From Octopus sinensis (lineage: Eukaryota), in the NCBI RefSeq assembly GCF_006345805.1, contig NC_043008.1, positions 23,250,001 to 23,314,000 of the forward strand: a stretch of 64,000 bases of DNA. The letters run 5' to 3'. Numbering within the stretch: the stretch's first letter is position 1; each line of letters opens with the position of its first letter. The notes under the pieces are model-generated. The model was given only the letters and a program-made list of their open reading frames with translations. It had not been told where the DNA came from and made no database searches. Made by a program: the position numbers and the translations under genes. Shown in pieces: positions 1 through 13,204 of the stretch.

Positions 1-186
1 CTCCATTCTTTCATTTATTCATAGTTTAAAAAAACACACAAATTTACACACGAGAACACAGGATCCCTGCCCTTGGCATATAGCTTCAACCGTGTTTTCT
101 GATGTGAATTTGCTACCCAGGTATCGGTTAACCGAATTATCCATACTAGGATAATTCATTCACCTTCTTAAATATATATATATATA

Positions 187-357
187 GGCGTAGGAGTGGG
201 TGTGTGGTAAATAGCTTACTTACGAACTACATGGTTCCAGATGCACTCCCACTGCGTGGCACCTTGGGCAAGTGTTTTCTACTATAGCCTCGGGCCGACC
301 AAAGCCTTGTGTGTGGATTTGGTAGACGGAAACTGAAAGAAGCCCCTCGTATATATG

Positions 358-389
<32 letters not shown>

Positions 390-636
390 CATATATATGT
401 GTGTGTGTGTGTGTGTGTATATATATGTTTGTGTGTCTGTGTTTGTCCCTCCAACATCGCTTGACAAGTGATGCTGGTGTGTTTACGTCCCTGTAACTTA
501 GCGTTTTGGCAAAAGAGACCGATAGAATAAGTACTAGGCTTACAAAGAATAAATCCTGGGGTCGATTTGCTCAACTAAAGGCGTTGCTCCAAAATGGCCA
601 CAGTCACATGACTGAAATAAGTAAAAGAGTAAAGAG
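187..636 (+). mobile_element. tRNA-derived SINE (octopus family A; internal (TA)/(TG)n, tail (AAGAGT)n)
   Basis: Head GGCGTAGGAGTGG..GTGGTAA..GGTTC..TCCCACTGCG with Pol III A/B-box-like motifs. Near-identical copies at 35230-35540, 40160-41425 (-), 47930-48345 and 51451-51828. Confidence 0.85.
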
Positions 637-650
637 TATATATACATATA

Positions 651-1400
651 CGGGGAGATACCAAAAAGTAACTGGAAACGTTTTCTGTGGGACAAGCCCA
701 TTGTTGTTCAGGCTTCTGCCACTAGAACCCACTTGATGTGACCCTTAAATATCAGTCTGCTGACTAGCAGTATTATGTGGGCTCGTACTGCCACATGGTG
801 TGTCTTTGTTTTGCAGTGCTTTTCCCTTGTTCATTGATTTTTGCAATGACTGAAACAAAGAAACAATCTGCTACCATGAAATTCTGTTTCCTGCCTGGAA
901 AACAGCAACTGAAACAGTTGTCATGCATCAAACAGCTTACAAGAATGCTACCATGAGCAAAATACAAGTTTGTGAGTGGTTTTCATACTTAGGAATAGTC
1001 ATTTGTTGTTTGAAGTCCAATGTCATCCAGGGTGACTGTTAATCTCTCGAATGAAAACATCATGAAAATTCATGAACTGACTTTGTAGGACTGTTACCAA
1101 ACAATTGACGAACCTTTTGATATGACAGGTGTGTCCTGAATCTCCTACTAATCAATTTTGGAATTGCGAATGAAAAGAGTTACAGGAAAATTTGTGCCTT
1201 GCTTGTTCATGGAAGATCAAGAGTAGTCATGACTGAATGGGTGTTGTGAACTGAAGAAACAGTTGGAAGTTGCCTCAGACCGTTTTTTTGAAGGTCATCA
1301 CCGGTAACAAAAGTTGGTGCTCCAGTTACGACCTGGAAGCAGCAATCAAATCAATGGAAGCATTCAATGTCACCATGCCCCCAAAATGCATGTCCTGTGT
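651..1400 (+). mobile_element. Mariner-like DNA transposon, left end plus degenerate transposase N-terminus
   Basis: TA followed by TIR-like CGGGGAGATACCAAAAAGTAACTGG. Broken frames give KFCFL, AYKN, KFVP, KVITG and YD motifs. Homologous to the 41575-42636 copy. Confidence 0.75.
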
Positions 1401-1403
1401 AGT

Positions 1404-4400
1404 TACTGATTTGTGAATTGCTGAAATTAGTATTATTTGTTCTTTTAGTAAGGTATTGGTTATGGTGCTCATATTGATTAAGTTGATTATTATGTTTATT
1501 GCTGTTGTAGGATTTATGTCTATTGCTAATGTTGCCCTGATGACTATTATTGAGAGTTTTTGTTTGTCGGGGTGTACTAATTCACCAGTTGACTTAGGTT
1601 CATTATCATTTCTATGATAAATGACTTACTGGGAGTTTAAATTACTTAGCTACTTATTATTATATAGGAGGAACGTACCTCAAATATTTCTCATTCATAT
1701 TTTCAAATAACCATTATCTGCATCAGTTTTAGTTTATACCCAACTAGACTCAACAACATTTTTTAGTTTGCTCTCAATTTTTCATAAGGATAAAATATGT
1801 ATATCCAAATTTTGTTATCTGTTATTTCCTTCATCAAGTCTTCTGTAATAATAATTCTTGTTGTATACTTTTTGCACTGAGGAGAACAGTGATATGTAAT
1901 TAATTTAATTTAATCAAATTAATTTTAATTATTCTACCATGTTATTTACATGTTAATATCACTGTTCAAAATGAGTGTATGCATGTATTAAAACTCTTTT
2001 GTATTTCAACATCTCTTCTCCATTTTTTAACATACTCGTTGAGTTTCTATGGAATACCTTTCCATAAATTCTCATAACACACCATATACATTTCATAATA
2101 ATTTCATATTCACAAAAATCTTACACCAGTGAGCTGCCAGCAAAATTTGAAGAATCTTTGTTAGAAATCGCCCTTTGGAACCCTCCAAAGTAAAGGATGA
2201 AATATAATTCAACTTTTCCACATATATATTACTATTAACATTATTAATAAACCTTATATTAATAAGAAACCGATTTCTAATAAAAATAAAAATGGAGAAG
2301 ATTAATATTGAGACATCTCTTAAGGACGTCCCTTTACTTAGCAGTAAGGAGTACATTAAGGATATTATAACTAAATTCCATGATCTCACCTGAAGAATGA
2401 GATGGAAAGCTCTTTTCTTTGACAAACAAAATAGTACAGAAGAAGAATTAGACAACAAAACAAACAAAGAACTCATGAATATTAGAAGAAATTTTAAATC
2501 CAAGAAAATCCCACCAGCAAATAGGATATTAGAAAATTTTGAAGATGACCTATGGAACCTACTAAGAAATATTAAGTTAAAAAAAGCGTTCAAAGGAATT
2601 ATCACCTACGTTATTTGAAGCAAAAAGTTAATGAACTCAGATAATTAAAAAGTATTATTGTACAGTCCGATAAAACAGGAAATCTATACAATGTAGATGT
2701 AGATCTATACTATAATCTCCTACACAAAGAAATTACAAAGAAATATAAGATTGTAAATAAAGATGTTCTTAAATCTATTAACATTAAAGCCGAACAAATA
2801 ATGAGTGATTACTGAATCGATGATGTAACTGAAGTTTATGAACCATCTAGACCTAGAATTAGCCTGAAAGATCACAAACCTAACTTTCATACCGATCCAA
2901 AGGTAAGGCTCATCTGCCCCTGAAAATCTGACATCAGAAAACTAAGCAAATTTATCTTAGATTAATACCTACATTTATTGAAATCCAAAATAAAACTCAA
3001 CCTGTGGTCAAAAACACTAGATACAATCAACTGGTTCACCAACATACAAGATAAGAAAAAAATGTAAATTCATCCAACTTGACACAGACAACTATTACCA
3101 ATCTATCAACCCTATATTACTTAATAAAGCACTTATCTTTGCCAAGAATAGGACTAAATTATCAATGAAAGAAATTAAAATCATATTTGAAGCTAGAAAA
3201 ACTATAATTTCTCATCAAGGTAAATATTGGATAAGGAAGGATGCACCAGACTGTTTTGATGTAACCAATTTAGTCAGAATTTACCTTCTACACCTACTTA
3301 AAGAAGAATTCCCTGAATTAGAAGATGGTCTTTACTGCAACAATGCACTATTCTTAGTTAGAAATACCTCCAACAAGAAACTTGAATTCTACAAAAGAAG
3401 ACTACACAATTTCTTCAAAAACCAAGGACTATCCATCGCTATTGAAAAAGATAATAACTCTGTGAACTTCCTAGATGTTAACTTTAACTTTAATACTTCC
3501 TCATGTCAACCTTACCACAAACCTAACAGCAATATCATATACATGAATGACCAAAGTAACCATCCTTATAACATTATAAAAAATCTGACCACTAACATAG
3601 AAAGAATTAATCTATTATCATCTAATGAAGACGTATTTTACAAACATAAACACTACTATAATCTTGCATTTAAGAAAGCAGGATACAAATATGAAATCAA
3701 GTACAATAAAAACAAGAGCACCAATACTAATAATACCAAATGTTTTCTAGATATGAACAACACAGACAATATTAAGTCAACTGGTGAATTAGTACACCCC
3801 GACAAACAAAAACTCTCAATAATAGTCATCAAGGCAACATTAGCAATAGACATAAATCCTACAACAGCAATAAACATACTAATCAACTTAATCAATATGA
3901 GCACCATAACCAATATCTTACTAAAAGAATAATACTAATTTCAGCAATTCACAAATCAGTAATTACACTAATAATAATGTAATAAAATTCAAGACTGCTG
4001 ACAATAAACACATAAAACAATTAATTATAGACAGAAATAAGAATACAAAACCAATAAACATAAAGAATAAAAATAAAAATTATCGCATCTCATCTAATCC
4101 TTCCAGTGATACACTCAGCCATACAAATCATATTAATATAGATAAAAATAATATAGAAAAAAAGAAACCAATACCATGTGTAAGAATAGATGCCCCCCCA
4201 AAAAAAACATAACCCACTATGATAATAAAGAAATCAACAATAACACTACTTAGATCATAATACTTTTTGCCAAACATCTAAAATCTAATTTTATTAGATC
4301 CATTAGAATTATAATTAATAAAATCTTCAAAAACTATAATATTTAATAACAAAAAAATTAGATTTGGATTTTCAGTCTCTCCAAACCATTTTAGGATAAT

Positions 4401-5524
4401 TTCCTCCTTTAACAATAAGAAACTGGACCAGTTCTATAATAAAAAAAAACATCATCTAATATACCTTGTAACTCTAATAACTAACAACTACTATAATAAT
4501 AGCCAAAACTCCAGTACCCCTAATACATATAGACATAACAGCATAGTACCACCTAATTGTAATTGTAGAAACCGAAACACTTGTGAAGTAGATGGAAATT
4601 GCAAAATGAAAGTATACACCAAGCAAACATTATTAACCATAATTCCTCTAAATATACATACATCAGTTGTACAAAGAATTCTATAAAATTAGGAATAAAT
4701 AATCATAAATTGTTCTTTAATGACCCTAGAAAAGAAAATAGCACAGGTCTATCTAAAATAATTTGGCAGCTCAAAAGAAACAATATAGATTACTCAATAT
4801 CTTGGAAAATCCTATCTTCAGCCCCATCTTATAGATATAATAATAAAATTTGCAGATTATGCCTGGAAGAAAGTTATAAAATAATGAGAAGGAATGGTCT
4901 CCTTGTTAATACTAGGGATGAAAAAGTTTTTTCCTGTAAACACATGTCAAAATTCCTTTTTATTAATCTTAAATGATATTTCCCGTCCCCTACTTTATTT
5001 TAATATCATTTCCCTTTTCATTCTAATATCTCTATTTTTAAAAAATAGCTCTATATATTTTAACCCTTTCTATGATATAAGATTAATAATCATCAAAAAC
5101 TCTGCACATCAATTTATTTTATATTATATGGATCTATTTCTTATTTAACCATCTCATAATTACATGACCCACCCTATATTGTCTAAGATCTTCTCAAAAC
5201 CTCTATACACCTCCTTTTCCCTCAATATATTTTTACATCTTCCCTTTGTGTATAATATGCCTTTCCTTCTTGTAATTTATTTCATTTACATAATACGTAC
5301 TTAAACTGCCCCCCTCTCTTACCTATTCCAATTATTATTGTTTAATGTTACTTGCCATTCTACTTGATTATTTAATTACATCTTACAGCTGATATATGCA
5401 AGCACATAATACTTCTTGGTGTTCAACCTGCCTACAATGTGTGCATTTATAGATATCGTTTTCATTTGTCATTGTGTGTGTACATCTAACTTATTTATAT
5501 TATTTTTAAATATTATTATTATTA

Positions 5525-5582
<58 letters not shown>

Positions 5583-5900
5583 TGTTCTTCTTCTTCTTAC
5601 TATTGGGTGCTTATTAACTATATGTTATCACCAATTTATAATGTTTTAAAAATGGGTGCACATATAGATATGTCCCACACTCACAAACACAGCTATACAT
5701 ATATATGTAAATATATACACCGTTATATAGACATACATATAAATATATATGTATGTTTATCTCCCCTACATTGTTAATTTTCAGTATTACATTATATTAT
5801 ACCTATGAACATTTTTTAAAAATATCTTTAGTCACGGCAAGTATTCACTATTTTAATTCTGTAATATTAACAATTAATTTTCCTATTTTCATTTTTTTAC
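1404..5900 (+). mobile_element. Penelope-like element 1 (Hydra-clade-like), decayed RT + C-terminal GIY-YIG, with 5' inverted segment
   Basis: ORF remnants 2292-4976: RMRWKALFF, LKDHKPNF, FDVT, GLYCNNAL (degenerate YRDD), VNFLDV, HPYNII, CNCRNRNTC, STGLSKIIWQLK, CRLCLEE, CKH. 1404-1595 is the reverse complement of about 3774-3967, a typical PLE 5' inversion. Confidence 0.85.
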
Positions 5901-6709
5901 CTTATATTTAATACACTTGGCAATGCATCAATCTAATCAGGGAGGATATAAACAGTGCTCATCAAGTAGACACTTTAACAGATATAAGAAATCACAGAAA
6001 ATGTGATATATATAAATATGCATATGCACACATGCATGCACACACACATATACGCATATATGTATACACACACACACACCACACACACACACATATATAT
6101 ACATACACATATAAATTACCTTAATACAAAGTTATATCTTGAGATTGCTAGTGACAACAACACTCAAAATATATAACAGGCAGGAATTGTAGTGCTCAAA
6201 TGAGCTGTATACACTTATTAATCCAAGGAGAGGCAATGTGAGCAGCAACTAAAGGAACATTACAAAATCCACAGAAAGATCAAACACATACATATATTCA
6301 TTTATATCTACAGAACAGATATAAAGTCCGATGTTTAAAAATATAGTAATGTATAAATATATAAACATCATATAAAAATATATATATATATAAGAATCAA
6401 TGTTGCATTGAATTTACACTTTGGGTCCACTAGATGTGGTTTGTGCATAAGGAAAGCATATATTATATTGAAAAATTATAACAATGCAATGTTAAATAAA
6501 TTCACTGATGCAATACCAGCGTGTGCGCATAAGATCCACTCAACGTTCTGTAAGAAATTTAAAAATAAAAATAACAATAAAAATTAGAGGTAATAATAAC
6601 AATTGAATTAAATATAGTAAGTAGTAATTAAAATCAAACTAAAGTATAATAATTAAATCGTAATATAACAATTAAAAGTAAAAATTGCTATTAGTATAAA
6701 ATGTAAAAA

Positions 6710-6928
6710 GCACCATCTGTCCGTGGCCATTTGCCAGCTCTGTCTGGCACCTGTGCGGGTGGCACATAAAAAGCACCAACTACACTCACGGAGTGGTTGG
6801 CGTTGGGAAGGGCATCCAGCCGTAGAAACACTGCCAGATCAGACTGGGCCTGATGCAGCCTTCTGGCTTCACAGACCCCAGTTGAACCGTCCAACCCATG
6901 CTAGCATGGAAAGCGGATGCTAAATGAT

Positions 6929-6966
<38 letters not shown>
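6710..6966 (+). mobile_element. RTE LINE 3' end with (GAT)n tail
   Basis: AAAAGCACC...GGGCATCCAGCCGTAGAAAC...CCCATGCTAGCATGGAAA then (GAT)n. The same tail occurs at 28388, 39977, 48415 and about 54850. Confidence 0.8.
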
Positions 6967-6968
<2 letters not shown>

Positions 6969-7240
6969 TCAAGGACTTGAACTCGAATATGTGGTTTTAC
7001 ACGAATGGGATTAAATTAAAAAATTAAAAATTAAAAATTAAATTAAAGTGCAGAAGTGAAATAGTCCAGATGGAGCTGTGCACATACCCTTTACTATGGC
7101 TTCTAAATTAAATTATATGCTTATTAAGTAGCATTCAGTATCTATGTGAATTTTTGGGAGTATGTAATGTCTGGTCTCTTGCGTATAGCCGGTATGTAAT
7201 TGTGCATTTATTTCCGTGTATTATGTGTTGTGTGTAAAAA

Positions 7241-7320
7241 ACATCCTGATGAGGTGAGTGTCAATTTCAAATATATATGTTTCATATTAATTGGCGTGTC
7301 TCCGAAACGGCCTATAGATG
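7241..7320 (+). ncRNA. Degenerate type I hammerhead-like motif
   Basis: CATC-CTGATGA(7246-7252)-G..long stem II..C-GAAA(7304-7307)-CGGCCTATA-GATG. The core is canonical but the stem III/cleavage register is imperfect. Confidence 0.45.
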
Positions 7321-7376
7321 AACATTTATGTATTTTTGTAATTTTGTATATTTATCTTTTCTGTATTTTTCTCTGG

Positions 7377-8107
7377 CTGGTTGTGCGAGGTGGGCCTGAT
7401 GAGCTGCCCTCTTCCTTGCTAGTAATTCCTGGATCTCCTTGTCATTTACATCGAACCAGTCCTTGTTTTTTTTCTTTGTGCGCCCAAGAACTTCCATAGA
7501 TGTCTTAAGGATGGCTGATTTCAGGTTCTCCCACAAGGTGTCTAGGGTGGTGTCATCAGTGCAGGGAGATTCGTTTAGTCTTTGCTGCAGGTTTGCTTGG
7601 AACTTGATTTTCACTTCCTCCCGGCACAAGCTGTCGACATTGAGTTTCTTTATGGGGTTACCTTTCTTCTTGGGTTTGGGTTTGAGCTGCAGTTTGAGCT
7701 TGCAGCGGACAAGGCAATGGTTGGTGTGGCACTCTGCACTGGGCATCACTCTTGTGTGTAGAACATCTTTCAGGTCCCGCTGGCGCACAAAGACTGCCTC
7801 AAGAAGTCTCTAACAGCATGTCAAATTAACCACCAATGCTGGTCAGACCTGGCTGCGGACCGTGATGTCTGGCGCCACACGATCTTCAATGCAGTCAGCA
7901 AGTTTGAGGAACAAAGAAGAGACGCACTTAAAGACAAGAGACGCAGGAGGAAGGCGCGAGCCACCTCTGACACCACACTGGATGTTACCTTCATCTGTGG
8001 ACACTGCTCACAGACCTGCCTTTCCCATATCGGACTTGTCAGTCATGAGCGTGCATGCACACGACGTGGACAGTCTTCCTGATCTTCATTCGTGAAGCCA
8101 AGCCATG
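7377..8107. mobile_element. RTE (BovB-like) insertion with 5' inversion and 12-bp TSD
   Basis: 7377-7790 (-) encodes the EN-RT linker (CHTNHCLVRCKL..KKNKDWFD). 7790-8107 (+) encodes the C-terminus (WSDLAADR..CGHCSQTCLSHIGLVSH) and 3' end. Flanked by ATTTTTCTCTGG at 7365-7376 and 8108-8119. Confidence 0.85.
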
Positions 8108-8435
8108 ATTTTTCTCTGGAATTTTGATACATCATTTTAATATGTCATTGTGTTTTATTACCCCAAATTTTTAAATTAACAAATTTTTACTATATGTTTT
8201 ATGATTTTAAGCATGTTTTATATATGCAACATTGATTCTTATATATTTATATATTTTTATATGATGTTTATATATTTATATATTACTATATTTTTAAACG
8301 TCGGACTTTATATCTGTTCTGTAGATATAAATTAATATATGAATATATGTATGTGTTTGATCTTTCTGTGGATTTTGTAATGTTCCTTTAGTTGCTGCTC
8401 ACATTGCCTCCCCTCGGATTAATAAGTACATACAC

Positions 8436-8524
<89 letters not shown>

Positions 8525-8589
8525 TACATACAAGTACACACATATCCATCTACATATATACATATATACACATCCATACATAAATATGC

Positions 8590-8625
<36 letters not shown>

Positions 8626-8646
8626 GTCTATCCATATACATATATG

Positions 8647-8938
8647 GAAATATATATTTTCATTTAGAGATAGTAGGCCCCTTCATCTCACCATATAAAA
8701 ATGAATTTTTATTTTAAATACCTACTACTTTATAACTACTTTATACATTTCCTGGTTCCTAAACCACTCCGTGTTTTGCTGGAACCATTCTTAAAATATA
8801 ACCCCAATCATCAGGCCCCTATATCACTTTCTCATAGTTCAATACTATAAACTATATTTTAATTTTTTTTAAATAAAAATTCTTTTTTATATGGTGAGAT
8901 GAAGGGGCCTACTATCTCTAAATGAAAATATATATTTC
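8647..8938. repeat. Fold-back element, about 55-bp inverted arms
   Basis: GAAATATATATTTTCATTTAGAGATAGTAGGCCCCTTCATCTCACCATATAAAA at left and its reverse complement at right. The spacer carries CTGATGA on the minus strand (8808-8814). Confidence 0.85.
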
Positions 8939-9392
8939 TTCATTGAGAATAATTTGAACCCCTGTTATGCTGGAATTTTTATTCCCTAACAAATAAAATT
9001 AAATAAAACATATATATATATATATATACACACACATACATACATACACATACACACATACATATACTCACAACACTCACATATATACATACGCATATGT
9101 TTATAGATGTGTATGACCATGTATTTACACACAAGCACATTTATGCATTTACATATACACACAAATTCATACACATGCCCAAAGCATAGATACACTCAAA
9201 TAATATTTACATACAGAAACACACACTTACATAAATAGAGACACACATCTGTATTTGTTCTTGTATGTATGTATACTATGTATGAGTATACATAGTATAC
9301 ATACATACAAGAACAAATACAGATATACTTGCATATACATATATGGGAAGCTAAGTAGTGAAGGGAATGCTAAAATTTGAAAATGCCATTAA

Positions 9393-9612
9393 CCCTTTCG
9401 TTACCGTATTTATTTTGAGATGCTCTGTTTTTCTTTGAATTACTTTAAATATAACAAAGAATTTAGTAAAATAGCTTAGTTATCATTAAGCTAGTGTTAG
9501 GAACATAAATTGTGACTAAATTTTGGTGGAAGATTTTAATTCAAAACTTATAAAAACAAGACATTTGTACTCAGAGCCAGGGCCGGTTTCAGCCGGGTTG
9601 GTAACGAAAGGG
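9393..9612. mobile_element. piggyBac-type MITE
   Basis: TIR CCCTTTCGTTACC...GGTAACGAAAGGG with TTAA on both sides. The paralogous pLTR at about 12710-12735 shows the empty single TTAA site. Confidence 0.9.
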
Positions 9613-10882
9613 TTAAGGAAATGTACTTCATATGGTGAGAGAAGAGAAGATATAGATAAATGGGGAGGGAGAAAGAGAAAACAAAGTTAAAATAAAGAGA
9701 GAGGAGAGAGGAACAGGCAAAATTGGATGGGTAAAAGATGGGAAGAAAAGATGAAGGGAGGAATAAAGGTTATGGGAAGTAAGAATGAAGAACAGAGAAA
9801 AGATAATTTGCAGAAATTATTATTAGGAACAGGGTAGATACTATTCATAAAAACTAAAAGAGTGTCTTTTCCAATGTGTAAACTTGCTCTGTAAACATGT
9901 TCACGAGTTTATGTCTGGAAAAGAGGATAGAAAATTGCACTTCCATACACAGAGGACAAAAAGATTTCTCTTTGACATAGGGGAATGATCTAGATAAAAT
10001 TTTCCAATCTAAAGAAATAAGTTTGTTAGAGTCTTTAATGTGCCAGATTAGTCTACTAAGTCCTGTGGAATTACACTTAAGTTTGTATTTGAAGGTAGAA
10101 AAGTGGTTCGCCAGTCAGGATTTTAAATCCATAGAAGAAAATCCAATATAGAAAAGTTACTTTGTTCCAGAGGTAATCTTGCATTGGTACACAGTATTTT
10201 CAATACGGCAATTTCCATTTAGGACACAGGTGTTATTTGGGCCGCAGTTGTAAGGCCTAATATCATTGATATTACTATTCAAGGAGAGATTATCATTAAT
10301 ATTATTGTTAATATTATTAAAGTTATTTGAGTTATTAGGAGAGACACTGTTAATTTTTAGAATATAGCTGTTATATGATGATATAATTTGTGAGATATTG
10401 GTGGTGTTAGAGAAACCTAATCTGATATGGTGTGTGTGTTGAAAATTCAGTGATACCTTTAATTAATGGGGAAGTTCCTTTCTATAAGATAATAAAATAA
10501 GAGGGGAAGGTTACTTTTTACTTGTTTTCTGTATGGAATAATAAACCAGATATTTTTACTAGAGTTGCGTGAGCTATTGAGAGATTTATTATTAAAAAAC
10601 CCAGTGTCATTTGTAAAGTAGTGTAAAAAGGATGGGGAAGCATAGCTACTTCCCATTGACTGTTGTTTTTAGGATTACGAAGGTAAGGAATATGGATATT
10701 TTGATGAAATGAGGTATTACTTGGATTGTTGGCTATGGGAGGAGCAATATAAGTACTTCTGTTGTTATTGTGTCTATTACTGCTAATAATGTTATTACTA
10801 CTGTTACTGTTATTAGTATTTTATTTTATCATTTTTTATTTTTTTATTTCATTATTTTTTATTTTATAATTTTTTTATGCAC

Positions 10883-11180
10883 CCTTTTCAAGCCTAGCCA
10901 GGTTCATGGGCCCGGTTTCCCAGTTTCTGTGGCATATGTGTTCCCTGCAGCTGGACGGGACACCAGTCCATCACAGTGTTACTCAAGAAACAGGGAGAAA
11001 GTGTGAGAGAAAGTTAGGGCGAAAGAGTACTACAGGGGTTGCCACCACCCCTTGCCAGAGCCTCATGGAGTTTTAGGTGTCTTCACTTAATAAACACACA
11101 CAATGCCTGGTCTGGGAATTGAAACCACGATCCTCCAACCGCGAGTCTGCTGCCCTAATCACTGGGCCATTGTGCCTTCG
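10883..11180 (-). mobile_element. tRNA-derived SINE (family B)
   Basis: Minus strand begins GAAGGCACAATGGCCCAGTGATTAGGGCAGCAGACTCGCGG..GGTTTCAATTCCCAG (tRNA-like). Related copies at about 18745-19030 and 53900-54220. Confidence 0.8.
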
Positions 11181-12253
11181 TTATTAGTATAATATCATTA
11201 TTATTACTACTATAATTATTATCAATAATGTAATTACCATCAATGAGATGATTAGAGGGAGAGTTAGGTACAAATTGGTTATAATATTTAATTTGTTACT
11301 TAAATCCTGCTTCATATAAAGCTGAGTTATAAAAATCAGTGTTTCATTAATTTCATCGTGGGCTATGTGTGAACCATAGGGCTTTATTAAGGATGATAGG
11401 ATTGAAAGAGCAATAATAGCTGCAGATATCAAACTGGATAAATTTAGTGTTTAGTTTATTATCAATAGAATTGAACCAGTCTACAACTTGGAAGGAGTTA
11501 GACCATAAATTATTTTTGCTAATAAAGGAATGTACTTATCCAGAATATTTTTGCTCAGTATACTAATATCCAATCAAGAAGGACAGGGTTATTGAAGAAG
11601 TTGGGTTTGTGATCCTTTAAGACAAAACATGGTTGCTTTGGATTTAAAGGCTCAGTTTTCATTTGTAAATGATATTTTTCCATAATTTTCTTAGCCCCTA
11701 GATTGGCCTTTCCGATAGTGTTTTTAGTCATAGTTTTGTATATTTTTTATATTTCCTTCCTGAGCAGCTTAATGTAAAAATCCTTGTTTAAGTGATACAG
11801 GTAACCAGTTTTATCCGATTGAACAAGGAGGCCTTCCATGCTGTATAAGTGTACAATTTATAGGAAAGATCTAGGGGAATAATTACAAGGTAGCTAAAAG
11901 TTGCTTAAGTGTCGCAGGAAACAATGATCACACTTGTGTGGGATTTGATTCTGGGAATAAGCAAGATGTATTTAAGAGAAAATAGGAACAATTTAAAATG
12001 GAGACAAATGCTCAAGATGTTATTAAATCATTTATATCTTCATATCATTATATCTTCATATGTTTCGATGGGTACATTCAAAATACATCTGACAGGATGA
12101 ACAATGATCAGGAATACATAAATCTCATCAGGGACAATATAAACAGCAGTGCTCATCAAATAGACATTTTAACAGATATCAGAGACCACAGTAAATGTGA
12201 CGTATATAAATATGCGTATGCACACACACACACATATATGCATATATGTATAC

Positions 12254-12285
<32 letters not shown>

Positions 12286-13167
12286 TAACATATATATATA
12301 TATACATATATACATATACACACATATATACATGTAACACAACACCCATCTACATATATATACATCCTTACATAAATATACATATATATATAAATATATA
12401 CACATACATACACATACAAACATAATATACTAATAACACTCACATATATACATACGCATACATTTTTAGACATGTACGACCACATACTTGCACACATAAG
12501 CACACGTACACATACACACACTCACACCAGATGATACACATGCCCAAAGTATAGATACACCCAAATACACACTTACATACACAAACACACACATAAACAC
12601 ATACACACATTTGTACACATACACAGTATACATTCATACAGGAATGAATACAGATATACATGCATATACATATATGAGAAGCTAAGTAGTGAAGGGAATG
12701 CTACAATTTGAAAATGCTATTAACGAAATATACTTCATAGGGTGAGAAGGTATAGATAAATAGGGAGGAGGGAAAGGGGAAAACAAAGTCAAAATAGAAA
12801 GAGAGAGGTGAAAGAAATGGGCAAAACTGGATAGATAACTAACCTGAAATACTTCAGTATCTTTAGCAGCCACCATAACAATATAACAAAAAATTTGATG
12901 AAAAAATATATCGCTTAGAATATCTAAATTGGCTACTAATGAAACAGTTTTCAATAGTAACACTGATTTTTATAACTTAGCGTTATATAAAGCAGGATTT
13001 AAGGAACAAATTAAATATTATAACCAATTTGTACCTAACTCTCCCTCTGTGTCTGTGTATGCATGTATGTATATATATATGTATATTTATGTATGGATGT
13101 GTATATATGTAGATGGGTATATGTGTATGTATGTATGTGTGTATATATGTATATATGTATATATGTG

Positions 13168-13204
<37 letters not shown>

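Larger units (their letters stand above)
5930..8430. mobile_element. PLE UTR/pseudo-LTR region with inverted copy, interrupted by RTE pieces
   Basis: 5930-6040 resembles 12120-12240 of PLE 2. About 6210-6410 recurs inverted at about 8230-8430. Contains a hammerhead-like motif at 7241-7320. Confidence 0.55.
8990..13170 (-). mobile_element. Penelope-like element 2 (Hydra-clade-like) with direct pseudo-LTRs and a 5' inverted copy
   Basis: Minus strand gives LKDHKPNFF and FIQFDICSYY (about 11420-11640) and the GIY-YIG region NCGPNNTCVLNGNC, FYIG, STGLSRLIWHIK, CPLCME (about 9830-10270). 8990-9740 is directly repeated at 12430-12835. 12940-13045 is an inverted copy of 11260-11360. Confidence 0.8.

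Noticed and set aside
100-170. Minus-strand TTAAGAAGG..ACCGATACCTGGGTA hammerhead-like string
   Set aside because: Both core segments are mutated, so it is too degenerate to support.
2292-4976. In-frame TGA codons as possible selenocysteine recoding (as in some Naiad PLEs)
   Set aside because: The TGA before RMRW sits at an Arg-like position, and the ORF also has TAA stops and frameshifts, so this is ordinary decay.
8392-8583. Many YIYI/HTHT/VCVC ORFs here and elsewhere
   Set aside because: They are translations of (TA)n, (CA)n and (TACA)n microsatellites.
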